A DNA stretch of 64,000 nucleotides. Source: Octopus sinensis (Eukaryota). The notes under the pieces were generated by a model that saw only the letters and a list, made by a program, of their open reading frames with translations, did no database searches and was not told where the DNA came from. Position 1 is the first letter of the stretch; each line of letters opens with the position of its first letter. The position numbers were made by a program, and so were the translations under genes. The DNA lies in NCBI RefSeq assembly GCF_006345805.1, contig NC_043004.1:25482001-25546000 (forward strand), read 5' to 3'. This document shows, in pieces, positions 9,871 to 23,749 of this stretch.

Positions 9871-10172
9871 GGAGGCGCAATGGCCCAGTGGTTAGGGCAG
9901 CGGACTCACGGTCGTAGGATCGTGGTTTCGATTCCCAGACCGGGTGTTGTGAGTGTTTATTGAGCAAAAGCACCTAAAGCTCCATGAGGCTCCGGTAGGG
10001 GGTGGTGGCGATCCCTGCTGTACTCTTTTGCCACAACTTTCTCTCATTCTTTCTTCTGTTGGCCTGCTCGCTTAGCCAGCGGGGTGGCGTCATTTGAAGG
10101 CTAAAACAATGCAAAGCGCATTGTGACCAGCGTTGTGTAGCAACATCAGATAGCCTGGTCAGTCACGGTGAT
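9871..10172 (+). mobile_element. tRNA-derived SINE (full length)
   Basis: Pol III A box TGGCCCAGTGG and B box GGTTTCGATTCCC in a tRNA-like head. The 3' part recurs at 36600-36715. Confidence 0.8.
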
Positions 10173-10479
10173 ATGTATATATGATAATGATGCTTTATGA
10201 AGACTACCCATTAATAAAAATAGTTACACTGACACTTGCAAATTCACCTGAACTATTACACTGTGAGGGGATTATGCTAAACAACAAAATTATTTCCTCT
10301 AATGATTTTGTATGGCATAGCATCTAAAAAGAATATATGAAAGATCTAGTTTATAAGAATTTGTACCAAATTTTTGCAGAGATTTGAAATTTTTTAACAT
10401 TTTTTTGCAATTGTCTGATAATACAGACATAGACTTGCCAAAATGCATCAGTAAATTAAAATTGATATTTTTTTCACCA

Positions 10480-13400
10480 TTGTTACAGTCATCTGAAATG
10501 GAACTGTCTTTGCTATTCGTCTTTAAAAAAGGACATAAAGCAACTGAAACTGCTCACAATATCAATGAAACGTTTGGTAAGGAAATGGCCAGTGAGTGGT
10601 CTGCTTGAAAATGGTTTAAACAATTTTGTAGTGCAGACCTGAGCCTTGAAGATTGTAAGCATAGTGGATGCTTATCTGTCATCGATGATGGTCAATTAAA
10701 GACCATTGAGAAGTGCCCCTAAGCTGGGGCTACCTGATGGAATGAAAGACTTTTGACAGAATAGAAAGGGGTATAGCATCACATGATGTGGAAGACAACT
10801 GGAGGATTCTACAGGACAACCTGCTGAGAGCTACTGACCAGATCTGTGGAAGACAACTGGAGGCTTCTATGGGAAAACCTGCTGAGGGCCACTGATCAGA
10901 TCTGTGGATGGTGCCAAGTCCCCTCTTGACCCAAGGTAACGTGGTGGTGGAACAATGTTGTTGACAGGGCTATTAGAGGAAAGAAACAGGCTTGGAAGGA
11001 CGGTGGTAGCAGGGAATTGTATCAGACTGCCAGAAGGGAAGCTAGGAGACAGGTTTATTTAGCCAGAGGGGAAGCAGATAAGAAAAAATTTGCCAATGTT
11101 CTGCACCATGGGAACCAAAGACTTGAGGTATTTCGTGTTGCAAGACAGTATGTGAGAGAGAATTGTGATGTCGTGGGAGAGGAATATGTCTGCATGGATT
11201 ATGGTTCACTTGCACTAAATGAGGCTGCAAAGAGACAGGTTTGGAGATGCCACTATGAAAGGTTGCTCAACAAAGAGAATGACTGGGAGAAAGAGAGTCT
11301 GCCAAATGTTGACCCAACAGAGGGACCAATTATCTGAATTGACAGTACCTTGGTAGATAAAGCAATTAAGGGTATGAAGACAGGGAAAGCCCCCAGCCCA
11401 TCAGGAATCACCGCAGAGATGCTCAAAATATCTGGTGGTGTCAGCTATAGCCTAGTTACCCGTATAGTTAACCAGGTGATACTTGAAGGAGTCATACCCA
11501 ATGATTGGTGTAGCAGCATAATAGTCAACTGTTACAAAGATAAAGATGACACTTTAGAGACAAATAATTACAAAGGTATCAAGTTGTTGGATCAGGTAAG
11601 GAAGGTCACGGAGAGGGTCATAGCCCAGCTAATTAGGGAGAGAGTCAATTTAGATGAGATGCAGTTTGGATTTGTGCCAGGGAAAAGCATCACTCATGCT
11701 ATGTTTCTGGTAAGACAGCTGCAGGAGAAATACCTAGCCAAAGATAAACCTCTGTACCTGGCTTTCATTGACATGGAGAAAGCCTTTGACAGGGTCCCCC
11801 AATCCCTTATCTGGTGGTCAATGAAGAAACTAGGGATTGATGAATGGTTAGCGAGAGCTGTGCAAACCATGTACAGGGATGCTGTCAGTATGGTGAGGGT
11901 TGGCAGCAAGTACACTAAAGAATTCAGGTTAGAGGTAGGGGTACACCAATGTTTAGTCCTCACCCCACTCCTATTTATCATAGTCCTCCAGGTAATAACA
12001 GAGGAATTCAAGACAGGATGCCCCTCAGAGCTCCTCTATGCTGATGACCTTGCTCTAATTGCTGAGTCACTATCAGAACTAGATAAGTTTTACATGTGGA
12101 AGCAAGGATTAGAATCAAAGGGCCTTAGAGTCAACCTAACTAAAATCAAATTTCTAATAAGTAGGCAGACAAACCACAAATCCCTTCAGGTAGATGGCCC
12201 TGCTTGATCTGTAGAAAAGGTGTAGATAGGAACTCCATAAGTTGTACCCAGTCTAAGCTATGGACACATAAGAAGTGCAGCAATATCAAAGGAAGGCTAA
12301 CTGGGAAGATAGTTTTGGTATGTGGCAGATGCTCAGGAGCAATAAACACTGAAAATGTACAGAGAACAACTTCTGCCACATTCCAGGGAGAAAAACCAGA
12401 AGTAGTTGATAGCTTCCATTACCTAGGTGACCAAGTCAGTAGCGGGAGTGGGTGCTCTGAAAGTGTAGCTGCTAGAATAAGAATAACTTGGGCAAAGTTC
12501 AGAGAGCTCTTACCTCTACTGGTGACAAAGGGCCTCTCACTCAGAGTAAAAGGTAGAATTTATGACACATGTGTACAAAAAGCCATGCTACATGGCAGTG
12601 AAACATGGGCCATGACTGCTGAGGACATGTGTAAGCTTGCAAGGAATGAGGCCAGTATGCTCTGCTGGATGTGTAATGTCAGTGTGCATACTCATCAGAG
12701 TGTTAGTACCTTGAGAGAAAAGTTGGACCTAAGAAGCATCAGATGTGGTGTGCAAGAGAGACGACTGCACTGGTATGGTAATGTGGTGAGAATGGATGAG
12801 GATAGCTGTGTGAAAAAGTGTCACATCCTAGCAGTTGAGGAAGCACAACCTTAGAACATTAGGCCTCACCGAGGCAATGACTAGTGACTGAGACCTTTGG
12901 AAATATGCAGTGCTTGAGAAGGCCCAGCAAGCCAAGTGAGACCATAACCTGTGGCATATGCCAGTGGTGTAACCAGCCCACTTATGCGTACCTTTCCATC
13001 ATTGGACACTAAACTCTGCTTGCAAAGACCTGTTGAGGCAAGTGAAATTGAAATCAAATTCGATGACAGCTTGACTGGCATCCATGCTAGTGGAATGCTA
13101 AGAGTACCATCCAAGCATGATCATTGCCAGGGCTACTGACTGGCTCCTGTGCCGGTAGCACATAAAAAGCACCATTTGAGCATGAGCATTACCAGTGTCA
13201 CCTTACTGGCACGTGAAAGACAACATGTGAGCGAGGTTGTTGCCAGTGCCACTGGACTGGCTCTTGTGCAGGTGGCACATAAAAAACACCTTTTGAGCAT
13301 GGCTGTTGCCAGTACCGCCTGACTGGCCCTCGTGCTGGTGGCATGTAAAAGCACCCACTACACTCTTGGAGTGGTTGGTGTTAGGAAGGGCATCCAGCTG

Positions 13401-14260
13401 TAGAAACCCTGCTAGATCAGATTAGAACCTGGTGCAGCCATCTGGCTCACCAGCCCTCAGTCAAACCATCCAACCCATGGAAAGCGGATGTTAAATGATG
13501 ATGATGATGATAAGGATCCACATAAAACTACTTGAGAACTAGCAAAAGAACTTCAAGTTAGCCAGAAAAATGCCATCAACCATTTGCATGTGATCAGAAA
13601 ATCAAAAAGTCTTGACAAATGGGTACCACATGATTTGAATGAAAATCAGAAAATGCACAGATATGAAATTTGTTTGTTGATTCTTCTCCATAACCAAACT
13701 AATCTATTTCTCAACCGTATGGTAATATGTGATGAAATGTGGATTCTGTACAATAAGAGAAAATGTTCTTTGCAGTAGTTGGACCAAAATGAAGCATCAA
13801 AAACCTTCCCTAAACCTGAACTCTCCAAAAAGAAGGTTATGGTGACTGGTGGTGTACTGCTGGACTCATCCATTATAACTTCTTAAAACCTGGAAAAACC
13901 ATTACTGCAGAAACATATTGCCAAAATGAACAAAAATCTGCTAATCCTCCATCCCAGACTGGTCAACAGAAGATGGTCTATGATTCTTCATGACAATGCT
14001 CAATCACACATTTCACTAATGACGCTTCAGAAGTTGAGAGAACTTGGCTACAAAGTTCTTCCCCACCCAGCTTATTCACCAGACCTTTCTCCAGCTGACT
14101 ACCATTTTTTCAAGCACCTTGATGGTTTCCTACTGGAAGTCTGTTCAAAGAATTCATCAGCTCCAGAACTCCAGGATTTTATGTTACCAGAATAAACAAA
14201 CTTGTAACTTGTTGGCAAAAATCTGTTGATTGTAATGGTACTTACTTTGATGAATAAAAT
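10480..14260 (+). mobile_element. Decayed mariner (DD34D) transposase split by an RTE insertion (pieces 10480-10713 and 13512-14260)
   Basis: N-terminal FKKGHKATETAHNINETFG, then WVPHDL, CDEMW, HDNA and YSPDLSPADYHFF with 34 residues between the last two Asp. Several stops; TIRs not recognised. Confidence 0.85.
10714..13511 (+). mobile_element. 5'-truncated RTE-clade LINE (RT domain, 3' UTR, (GAT)n tail)
   Basis: ORFs 11017-11337, 11350-12207 and 12204-12854 with AFIDMEKAFDRVP, GVHQ..L.PLLF and LLYADDL. Tail ATGATGATGATGAT at about 13496-13511. Confidence 0.92.
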
Positions 14261-14420
14261 TTCTGCATTGTTGAAATATATTTTGATGAATTTCATGTTT
14301 CAAAACTAAATACTATTTAGGCTGGAATGACTGTCTTTGTCTTGAAGCAATTTGAAACAATTTCAAAGTGTTATCACAAATTGATCCCTGATGTCTAAGT
14401 TGTTGGAGAGTTTTTTGGGG

Positions 14421-15550
14421 TTTTTTTTTTACATGGAAGTCCCAGGCAAAGTGTGAAGCCACTTAGTGTAAGGGACTAAGAAGAAAGAGAAATTAAAACG
14501 AAAGGAATTAATTTACTTTAGATTTGAAAAAGTTCAGGTCACAACTAGGAGGAAAACAATGACATAGGGAGTTCCAAATCTGGTAGTCCAAGGGAAAAAA
14601 AACTACAACTGTAGAAATGCTTCCTTATTCATGAAAGCACAACAATATCTGAATAAAGACATTGAATTTTGAGACAGGCAAGATGACACAAAGTGATCTG
14701 GAACTAAAAAAGCTCATCAGAGCACTTCCTGTGGCAATAAAAATAGAAAATAATAAGACTGGAGATGTCATGTTGATGTGATAAGAGTTGCAGAGTTGAA
14801 ACAAGAAGGACCAATCAAATTAGTTTCATTGCTGAACTCATTTGCAGAAATCCAAGAGACAAGATGGCACATCTCCCCAAATATAGCAACAAATATTCCA
14901 TACAAGGACAAATTATGGATATGTAAAAATACAAAATGACCTTGGTTGTGAGGGAATCCTTTGACTTAAACAATGACCTTCCTTGTGGGAAGTAGATCTA
15001 CCAATTGGCTGTAAGAGCCCCAAGAAAGATCAGGTGAGAAAATAAGACAAGCAATTCCAAAGAAGACCTTTTCCTTAAATGGTCTGCCCATCTCAAGTGA
15101 TACCTCAGAACTATAATTCATGTAAATGAGAGGAAGATAGGGATTCTGCTTCCTACTGAAAGACATGAGTTTGCTCTTACCAAGGTTGAAAGTTACTCAC
15201 CATTTCTCGCTCCCACTTCTTAGCCTGTTGATCCACCTCAAGATTAGCAACAAATTCCAGTTGTTTCAAGAGAGAGGGATTGCCAATAAAACCAGAATAA
15301 AGAGTAGTATCTTCAGCATAAACATTGATGTAAAGAAAGAACAGAGCCTTGAGGAATACTAGCATTGCTAGAATGTTCAGAGTGACAAGTACACAACAAG
15401 GGAATGACCTGATAAAGTCAAAGATCTTTCAACATGAGAGAACTTTTGGAGTTAACCAGCATGTCAAACCCTATCAATCAAAGGTTTTTGATATATCAAG
15501 AACTACAGCATAAATCCATAAATCAGTAGATGCAGTTTGTAATAACAGTC
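14421..15550 (-). mobile_element. Decayed CR1/L2-type LINE, RT to poly(A) tail
   Basis: Minus strand gives AVVLDISKTFD and NVYAEDTTLYS. A T-run at 14421-14430 corresponds to the A-tail. Confidence 0.65.
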
Positions 15551-15899
15551 AGAAAAACAGTAGTAGAACAAGAGCCATGAAAGCCATACTGAACATCAAC
15601 AAGGAGCCCCAAGCTTTCAAGAAACTCAACCAACCTGTTGGTTGTTCTCAGTTATATGGAGGTTTCTTCAAGTACTTTTTTCTATGTGCATGCATATGCA
15701 GTTGGAATCAACTCAATATGATATGATGATCTGAAGATATGCCCTTGAAAGAGTTGAATGCTTCAAAGTGTAAAGACCATCCTCGGTCATGAATGACCAT
15801 GGGCTTGCACCTAGAAAGTTCCTCTCCAAGGCACAAGTCTAGGCATTGATAATGATGTAGATGATTTGAGCCTTAGGAAAGAAATATTTATATTCGCTG

Positions 15900-16450
15900 A
15901 CTCCTAATTATGCATTCATATTGCCACCAAAACTCTGGGCATTGTGTTTTGTTATAGCATGAACTAGAGGTAATAGTTTATCATATCTTATTCATCTATG
16001 TTCATTAGGCTGTAGCATGAAATCATGGTGGTTTGCAGGTGCCCCTTGAAGGTAGCAATCATGATCTGGTGGGGAGATCTTTTTACAATATTGATCACTG
16101 CTGAAAGTGCATGGGGACTGAGTAGCATTCCTACACTTCCTATCATATGGTTTACTGAGTTCTTTCAAGAAGATGCAGTAACCAATGCCAATCCTATTTC
16201 CACTGCATGATACTTCAGGTCTAATTCTTCATGAAAGTGGAGATGACCTCAGCTTGATGAGTTCCAGTAATTGATATATTATGCCTAGTTAATGCTATGA
16301 GTTCCAGTAATTGATATATTATGCCCAGAGTATGAATATTGAAGGTTGACTTGTAGCATTTCAAGAGTAGATGCTTTGGATTTGTAGCATGTTTTTCAAG
16401 ATCCAGAGGCAGACCCATCACTCTGGAGAGCACTCATTGTTTACCAGCAT
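15900..16450 (-). mobile_element. AP-endonuclease fragment of an RTE-like LINE
   Basis: Minus frame reads KNSVNHMIGSVGMLLSPHALSAVINIVKRSPHQIMIATFKGHLQTTMISCYS, an APE-type GVG...ISCYS pattern. Confidence 0.55.
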
Positions 16451-19400
16451 GATGAATGCAGTTTAAACATTGCGGTAGATTTAGTCATATTATTGAGAGC
16501 TGGGAATGTACATCTGCATTTGTCATCACTGCAGATGTGAGCAGTAGTTCTCTTACTGAACCAGTTGACTATATCTGGTTCCTTTACTCAACATTGAGTG
16601 ATAAAAAAATCCCTTGCTTGGGTAATGGTGAAACAATGGCATGCAGCATGGTGGATGTGGTAACACAAGTCAAATAACAACACATAAGCTGTATACATAA
16701 GGCAGTGTATACAAGTTATATAGAACAAACAACATGAAAACACATCAGCTGGATATATAAGGTAGTATTTAATGACACAATGTGCTGACCAATCCAGAAT
16801 TGAGCCCACAACTTTAAGGTGATGCATATATGATATCTAGAACAAACAACTTCTGTAATGCAGTACAGAAACTGCATTGCAATTTTCATAAAACTTTTAT
16901 AAGACATTGCAACTTGTATAAAACTACAAAAAATGAATTGTTGCCTTCTAGTCTGCTATTTTAAAGATTGCTGTTATTGTACAAAAGGTAATTTTCAAAA
17001 CATTCTTCATCCACTGACAAACATTGAAGACATTGCACATTTTAACATATACAGCTGTAAACAAAGAATGTGGAATTATTTAACCATATGAATATTTTAG
17101 AATTGCAGTGGGATTTCAGGAATTGCTTTTCAACTATAACTGCAGGTTAGACATTTCATTAAAGTGCCTTGTTTGGAAGAGGAGTTGGTGGAGACAATGT
17201 TAAACTAACTTTGATATTCTACTTTATGAAGTATGGAAAATCCCTTTTCTGAGTTGAACTCGTGCTATGTTAACTTTATCTTTCTGTGTGAAATCTATAG
17301 TAAAAATAAAAGTACTGGTGATATACTGCGGTGAGTTCAGTCTAACATACCATGTATAAGAGTGTCAATGTGACTAAACCAACAAATTTCATTATTTAAA
17401 GTCAGTTCTGTCATTTAAAAATTAGGTATATGAGTTATATTTTCAGTAAAAGAGACAGCAAATAGTTTATGAATTGTGTATTAACCACAGTATATTACTG
17501 ATACTTTAACCCCAGTACAATGAAAAGCTCAGTTGGCCCTGGTAGGAAAATATTCAATATAATTCTCACTATTCCATACTAGATATGGTTTTATGATTAT
17601 ACCTGAAAATGGTCTGTCATGCACCAGTGGATGTTAGAAAGCCTCTCGTTCATTCATAGAATATAACATCTCATTATTATGAGGAATACAGCAATAACTA
17701 GGAAGCTGTCAAGATAAAAATGATTCAGATGCTTCCCAAAGAATAGACAACACATCCTAATTTTGTTTGTACCAAATGTCTGCAATTCCACTGGCACCAA
17801 TGTGGGTGATTTAGTTCTCTCTTAATAAGAAATGCCAACAGTTTTCTTTTATCAAGAACATAGATTGTCTTTTTGAAATTCTTAGTCATTATCAGGTACC
17901 CAAAATCCTTGGTACAATATTTTAAAGAGAAAAATCCCATGTTAAATCTGTTTGAATTCAAAAAATATTCCTATCAGGAATGCACATAACCATTGTCCAT
18001 TCTGAAAAGGAGTCAGTTCATCTCAATAACTGAATATCATTAACATGTATCCTGTAGTTCTAGCTTTTGGGATTTTGTAAATAAATTTTCTTTTCTGAGA
18101 TTTTAAAAAAAGATTCTGCACACTTAGGTCAACTAAGGATGTAGTCCTCTACATCACATCGAATGTCCAGATCACTATGGTTCAACTTTTATATGATTAT
18201 ATGCTGCTGTTATGATTACATAACTACATGTCTATGACTATCTTATACTATAATTTAAAAAAAACTGCTTATTAATTAAAAGCAATTCTTGAAGCCTACA
18301 CTGTCTAGAAAATACTTTAAAATTCTAATTTTAACATATTGTTATCAAAATGTGGCTTTCAAGGTTCTTTCATTATTGAAGATTTCAACTACAAACTTAT
18401 CTGAATTTACTATGAGACAGTTAATGTTTCCTCTTTGTCTTTTTTTTTCTCATATACTTCATGTTGCTACTTTCCACAAATGTATCAGTAAAAACATCTG
18501 TGTCAGCCAAATTATGTTGATTCCAATATCCTTTCATATTTGTTGGATGTTTTTGAAGAATGAGAAAGCTGAAGAAGTACTTCAATTATACCAAATATAA
18601 ACTTGTCCCATTTTCTTTCAACTAAACAATTTTATTGTCATGCACAGTGTTTTAAAAAAGAAAACCATTATAGCTTCCACAAAGCCATTTAAATTACACA
18701 CAAAGAAATATTGCTAGTTTAACCAGGAGCAACCTTTAATTAGATAATGTACAAACATCAAAAATTTTCAAACAAAAATGAAGAAACACTCTCCTTTAAA
18801 ACATATTAAAAATTTAATATCTTGTTAAATTAAGCAAATACTTTCCTGAGCTAATGGTTATACCAGTGTGGTGATTATTCTCCAGGGTAGAATTCGGAAT
18901 CCACGTCGGTTGGTCACCAATTTATATGGTGGGAATATACATTCAGTACCAGGTGTTGATATGGTTGCGTGTGTATTATTACAAGAGTTCTTACAGAGAA
19001 GAAGAATAAATTTAAGAACTATATGTTTACTACATAAAAATATATTTTATTTATTGGCTGATGATGAAGCATAATCAAAATGTAGAATCTAGTTGAATGA
19101 AGTAATCTATGCAAGAAAGTTCAGGGATAGGAAATATAGAAATAACAGCTAAGTGGTGGTTTTCAATCATGAGGCGTAGAGAAATAGACGGACAAAGCAA
19201 TAACATGGATGGTTCTAAGTCTAATCAACAAAGAAATGAAGAGCAGGGTTAGCAAGCTGGTTTTAATAACGGAATGCTAGACATTCTAGAAACTTCCAAG
19301 AGAAATGCTAGGCTTGTTGAATAATTAAGAAGCACGTCTCATGACACAGATGTTTCAAAAAACTTAGTAAAGGGAGGTTACTCTGCAATCTTTCTTGCAA

Positions 19401-19671
19401 GAGAGACCATTCAACTATTTAGCTACCGCCACACTAACTTCCTTCAAGTCATCAAAGACAAACTTAGAGTTTAAGTTCAGATCATCATGAGTTGCTACAC
19501 CTGTACATATGTATATATATATATCATTCTGACAAATATTGTAGATTTTCTCCACTTATGGATTTTATATTGTGTATTGTCAAAAATCATGTGCCATATC
19601 GAATGGCACACCAACTACACATTTGGCTCATGTTATATCCTTGGATATTGTGATGTCTTACAGCTTAGAAC

Positions 19672-19962
19672 AATGACATCTGCCAGTTCCTTGATCAGTG
19701 GATGTCTTGCTACATGCTTGACTAATGACATGTCTGTCATTTCTTAACCAGTGGATTCCTTACTATATAATTGGCCAAGGAATGTTACATCCGTATCCAG
19801 TAGCATGCCTGCTACATACTTGACCAATGGCTTGTCCATTACATCCTTGATGAATGACCTGTTTTCCACATCCTTGACCAATAGCAAGTCTGGTGCATCT
19901 TTTATCAACAGGATATCTGTTAAATCCTGGACCAATGACATGTCTGCTTCATCCCTGATCAA
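19672..19962 (-). repeat. Degenerate 27-bp tandem repeat (about 11 units) encoding a nonapeptide repeat
   Basis: Units such as CTTGACCAATGGCTTGTCCATTACATC / CTTGATGAATGACCTGTTTTCCACATC / CTTGACCAATAGCAAGTCTGGTGCATC. Minus ORF 19744-20028 reads LIRDEADMS LVQDLTDIL LIKDAPDLL LVKDVENRS FIKDVMDKP LVKYVAGML. Confidence 0.75.
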
Positions 19963-22884
19963 TATGTATCTTAGATATTTTTGAATCTCATGTTTGCTAC
20001 AAACTTGTGGAAACAAGTACCATTCCAATGAATACCTCTTGAATTTGCTACATTGGCACTAACTTGCTTTAAAAAAAGTATACTTCTTTTTTCAAAACGG
20101 TTTTCCTTATGTTTTGACACAGACTTAAACCTGCTCTGAAAAAAAACCAACAGGTTTTTTCAGAAATATATTTAGAAATTTTAGTATTATCATGTCTATG
20201 TATTCCACACATTATAGCTTATATGGTACAATAATTCATATCTACACTTGTATGTAATAACAGGATAGTCATTTTAATTGTTTCTTTGGTGAATCTAACC
20301 CTTTTAAGATACCTTAAGGTTTGTATTTACTCACAGTTAAGGTTGTTCATCATTTCTTTCCATCTCTGTAGAGATAGCTAAACTTAACTGTTTATATATC
20401 TACTATATAGGTTAAATATATCATGCTTTGATACTGTGTGGACTGAGATTCCCATTGGCAGGCCCCTGATATTAAATAAAGGTGTTAACACTTATAGTAT
20501 GCAAATTAGCACCTCTAGTTTTCTGTGGCCATTGTAATTGTTGAGTATATAAATACTGGCTGCTTGTTCCTCTGGGATTGACCAAACTGATGTAGACACT
20601 TCTGATGAAAACCCAATATTTAAAAATTGATTAAAGTTGTTCATTTTTTAAATCTCTGGAGAAATTAGTTAAAATTAGCCCTGTTTATATATCTACTATA
20701 TAGGTTATATATATATGTTTTGAAAATATTAAAACTTGACACATTTTATTACACAAATATAGTTGTTCTTACACTTGCCAAGCATGAAGAAACGGTAAAA
20801 TACAGCAAATATATTTGAAATGATACATGTAACAGTAAATAGCACAGTGCTGTATTGAGGGATGATGTACCGCCCCCACCAATAAATTCTGCTTGTTTCC
20901 AACATTGGAAAATTTTAGAATAAACATAAAAGCAAGTTTGGTTCAGCAAGTGGTACTGTTTAAGGATGCAGTTTTCTCTTCCTTCATTCTACAAAATGAT
21001 CGTTTCTGTTTTGTTCTCTTATAAAGCACCAAAATTAGTCTGCTGTCCTATTTCTATTTCACTGCTATCTTGGAGCAAACACTCTTCTTACTCTTCACCA
21101 ACAGCCTCTAAATTGGCAAAGAACTAGTGGAGGAAATACACTTTAATATTTACATTATATCCACACTTCTAAAAGTGAAAAGTAATTTTTTTTCAGATAT
21201 TCATAGTTTTTAGACTTCTCATTGTCCAATACAAAAAGTTTCTCTCAACTTCTGGTAATGCTACCCATGTATTTTTCTCAACAGGTTAAACTTATAATTA
21301 ACACATTCTTCTTTAATGTTCTTAGGACCCCTCAAATATACTTGCCTTCAATTTCTTTTGATTTACAGCATAATATTTTCTGCCAAGATATTCTGTACTT
21401 TGAAATCTAGTCTCATATGAAGAGCTGTGAAAATGGTTTTTTTCTGGTTTTGCTAGGTGGTGGAGCTGTTCATGTTGTTTTCCAACACTAATATCTCTTC
21501 TTTCTGACTATTATTTTATCATTCAACTTGACTGTCCCATTAAAAAAACAACAACAAAAACTCTGATTGGGTAAGCTATATGGTAAGCCCCTTTCTAATA
21601 TCTGCAAATCATCCAAATGTGAAGTAGTTGAAGTTTTCAGCTCCACTTTTGTTGTTACATCAATTTCTTTTAGATGTACCTTACAAAATCACTGTTTCAT
21701 TACTCACCAAAACCAACATTCCTTTAGCATTTAAACTGGCCAAACTGAGCACAAATATTCTACATGTTCTATGTTAAAACATGCCAGATTTGACCTCTCA
21801 CACCTACCCTACAAGGTCATTCTTAAAGTAAGCGATCACATTAATCAAAATCTCAAAACTACAAGATAATGCAAGATTACTTCTAAACAATGTGAATAAA
21901 TAAGCACGACATTTGACAGAGTAACCTGTATGCTAAAGGAGTAAACTCTCCTTCGGAGTTTTCAGTGATAAGTCACCATTTGTCTGATTTATATCGACAT
22001 TCCATTACATTTAACAAACCATTAACCTCATGACAGTAATGTCATCTATACTAAACAGATTTGCTCTTCCCAGGGCTGCAGTTTATTTTGATTAAGTCCA
22101 AGACATAATAAATATGCTGAGCATTTTGAAGATCTAAATTTGCCCTCAACCACTTTAATTCAAACTGGTTATGGTGCCCCTGTACTAGTTTCATACTCAA
22201 TAACTGCCTTAGATGTGTAGCACTCAGTGTTACTGATGTAATTAAACCCATAAAATTTCAAGTACTTTATCAGAGTCAGGTTTTATGGCTGACAGTAAGT
22301 CTGAGTAAACTAGCTTTGATTAGGTCCTTCAGCTATGCCTAGAAATATCAACTCTGCAAAAATAGCAACCTTCAAAATGGCTTTGTTGGATCTCTCCTGG
22401 CCATTGATACCTTAAAGTTCATTCTCTTTCTTTTAGTCTATTGTCTTAGATTTATGTGCAAGCCTCGAAGACAGAGTGAGAAGGCCATGATTTTGCCTTG
22501 ATTACATAATTTCACACCAAAATATAATATATGTTCTTCTAACAAAATCTCTAGCAAGTTGCCACTGCCATACTATTGCAGATGATTCACAAATGTAATA
22601 GAAGACATCCAGGCTGTGCATATGCTTCCTGTACCCAATAATATGAGCCATATTACAAGTTTAACTTAGTAATGACAGAATACAAAGATATGCAGTATCA
22701 ACCATATTTTAAATGCAGTTTAGTAGCTGATGGTGCAATCATCTAATGCTAAAATAATGAATAATATGCTTGCAGTCATCAAAAATAATTTTGTACACAA
22801 AGCTACCTGAGAAACAGGCTCTGACACAGTCACATTTCATACTATGAGCTAAGTTGTTTATGGTTATCAAAAATATTTATAAGC

Positions 22885-23470
22885 AAGAGATAATGTGTAT
22901 GATAATAAAATGACTACATCAGCTGGTTATTGGTCCTCACTAAATTACAACAAAGATGGACCCTTCTTCAGATACGGTGTACAATATAATGGCTACAGCA
23001 GCTGCTTGTAGCATCTCATAAACTACAACAGAAATTAACCTTTCTTCTCTCATCTACCATTGTAATTCACTTACTCTTGTAACTATGGATAATCAGGGAT
23101 TGCTATTTTTATATGGTTTAAAGATAAGTCTCTCTCTCAAACCTAGTATTTACCTGTCATATTGCAGTCTTAGCAATATTTACTTACAATAATTGGCATT
23201 GGTGCTGGTAGAGTTGAACTTATTAGCTGCAGCAAATAAACAAAAATTATGTTGCTATGCAACCAGCATCCACAAATGGAGGTTATTATAAATTAGCAAA
23301 TACTGAAAATATCAAAACATCCATCTATCTGCAGAATTCTACTGAATCAATATGACCACTATCACTAAAACCAAGCTACTAAAATGTTCTGACATCAAGT
23401 GTTTCAAGATATAGGAGCCACTTCCCTTAAGTTTGTAGTTATGAATGGAGACAATATTATGAAACAATAT
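22885..23470. repeat. Right copy of the inverted paralogous 3' flank (partner 5962-6480)
   Basis: The reverse complement aligns to 5962-6480. Confidence 0.9.
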
Positions 23471-23476
23471 TTTATT
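23471..23476 (-). promoter_or_regulatory. Candidate polyadenylation signal AATAAA of the - ZNF gene
   Basis: TTTATT on + in a context conserved with 5671-5676. Confidence 0.4.
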
Positions 23477-23749
23477 TTAGTGTTTTCACTGGTGATTAAT
23501 TTTTAAAAATTGATTCCTCACAGGTAAATAACATAAAATAACATCCAACAAACACTTTCTAGTTATAGAACTTTCATTTTTTGTTACTGTATTTCTGCTG
23601 AAATACACTAACTTAGTTTCAATTAACTTTGAAAATAATGAAGAATTTAGCAAAACGACTGACATTATTAAGCTGGTGTTTGGAACATAAATTAACATGA
23701 AATTTTAATAGAAGGTTTTAATATAGATCTCTTTAAATCAGGAAGTTTG

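Noticed and set aside
15770-15850. Possible HDV-like ribozyme in an RTE 5'-type repeat fragment
   Set aside because: Only a weak P1-like pairing is visible; the fragment is truncated and no P2/P4 partner or catalytic C context was found.
19200-19490. Minus-strand open stretch DDLKEVSVAVAKIVEWSLLQERLQ... as a possible exon
   Set aside because: No recognisable motif, start or clear splice sites; cannot be supported without a search.
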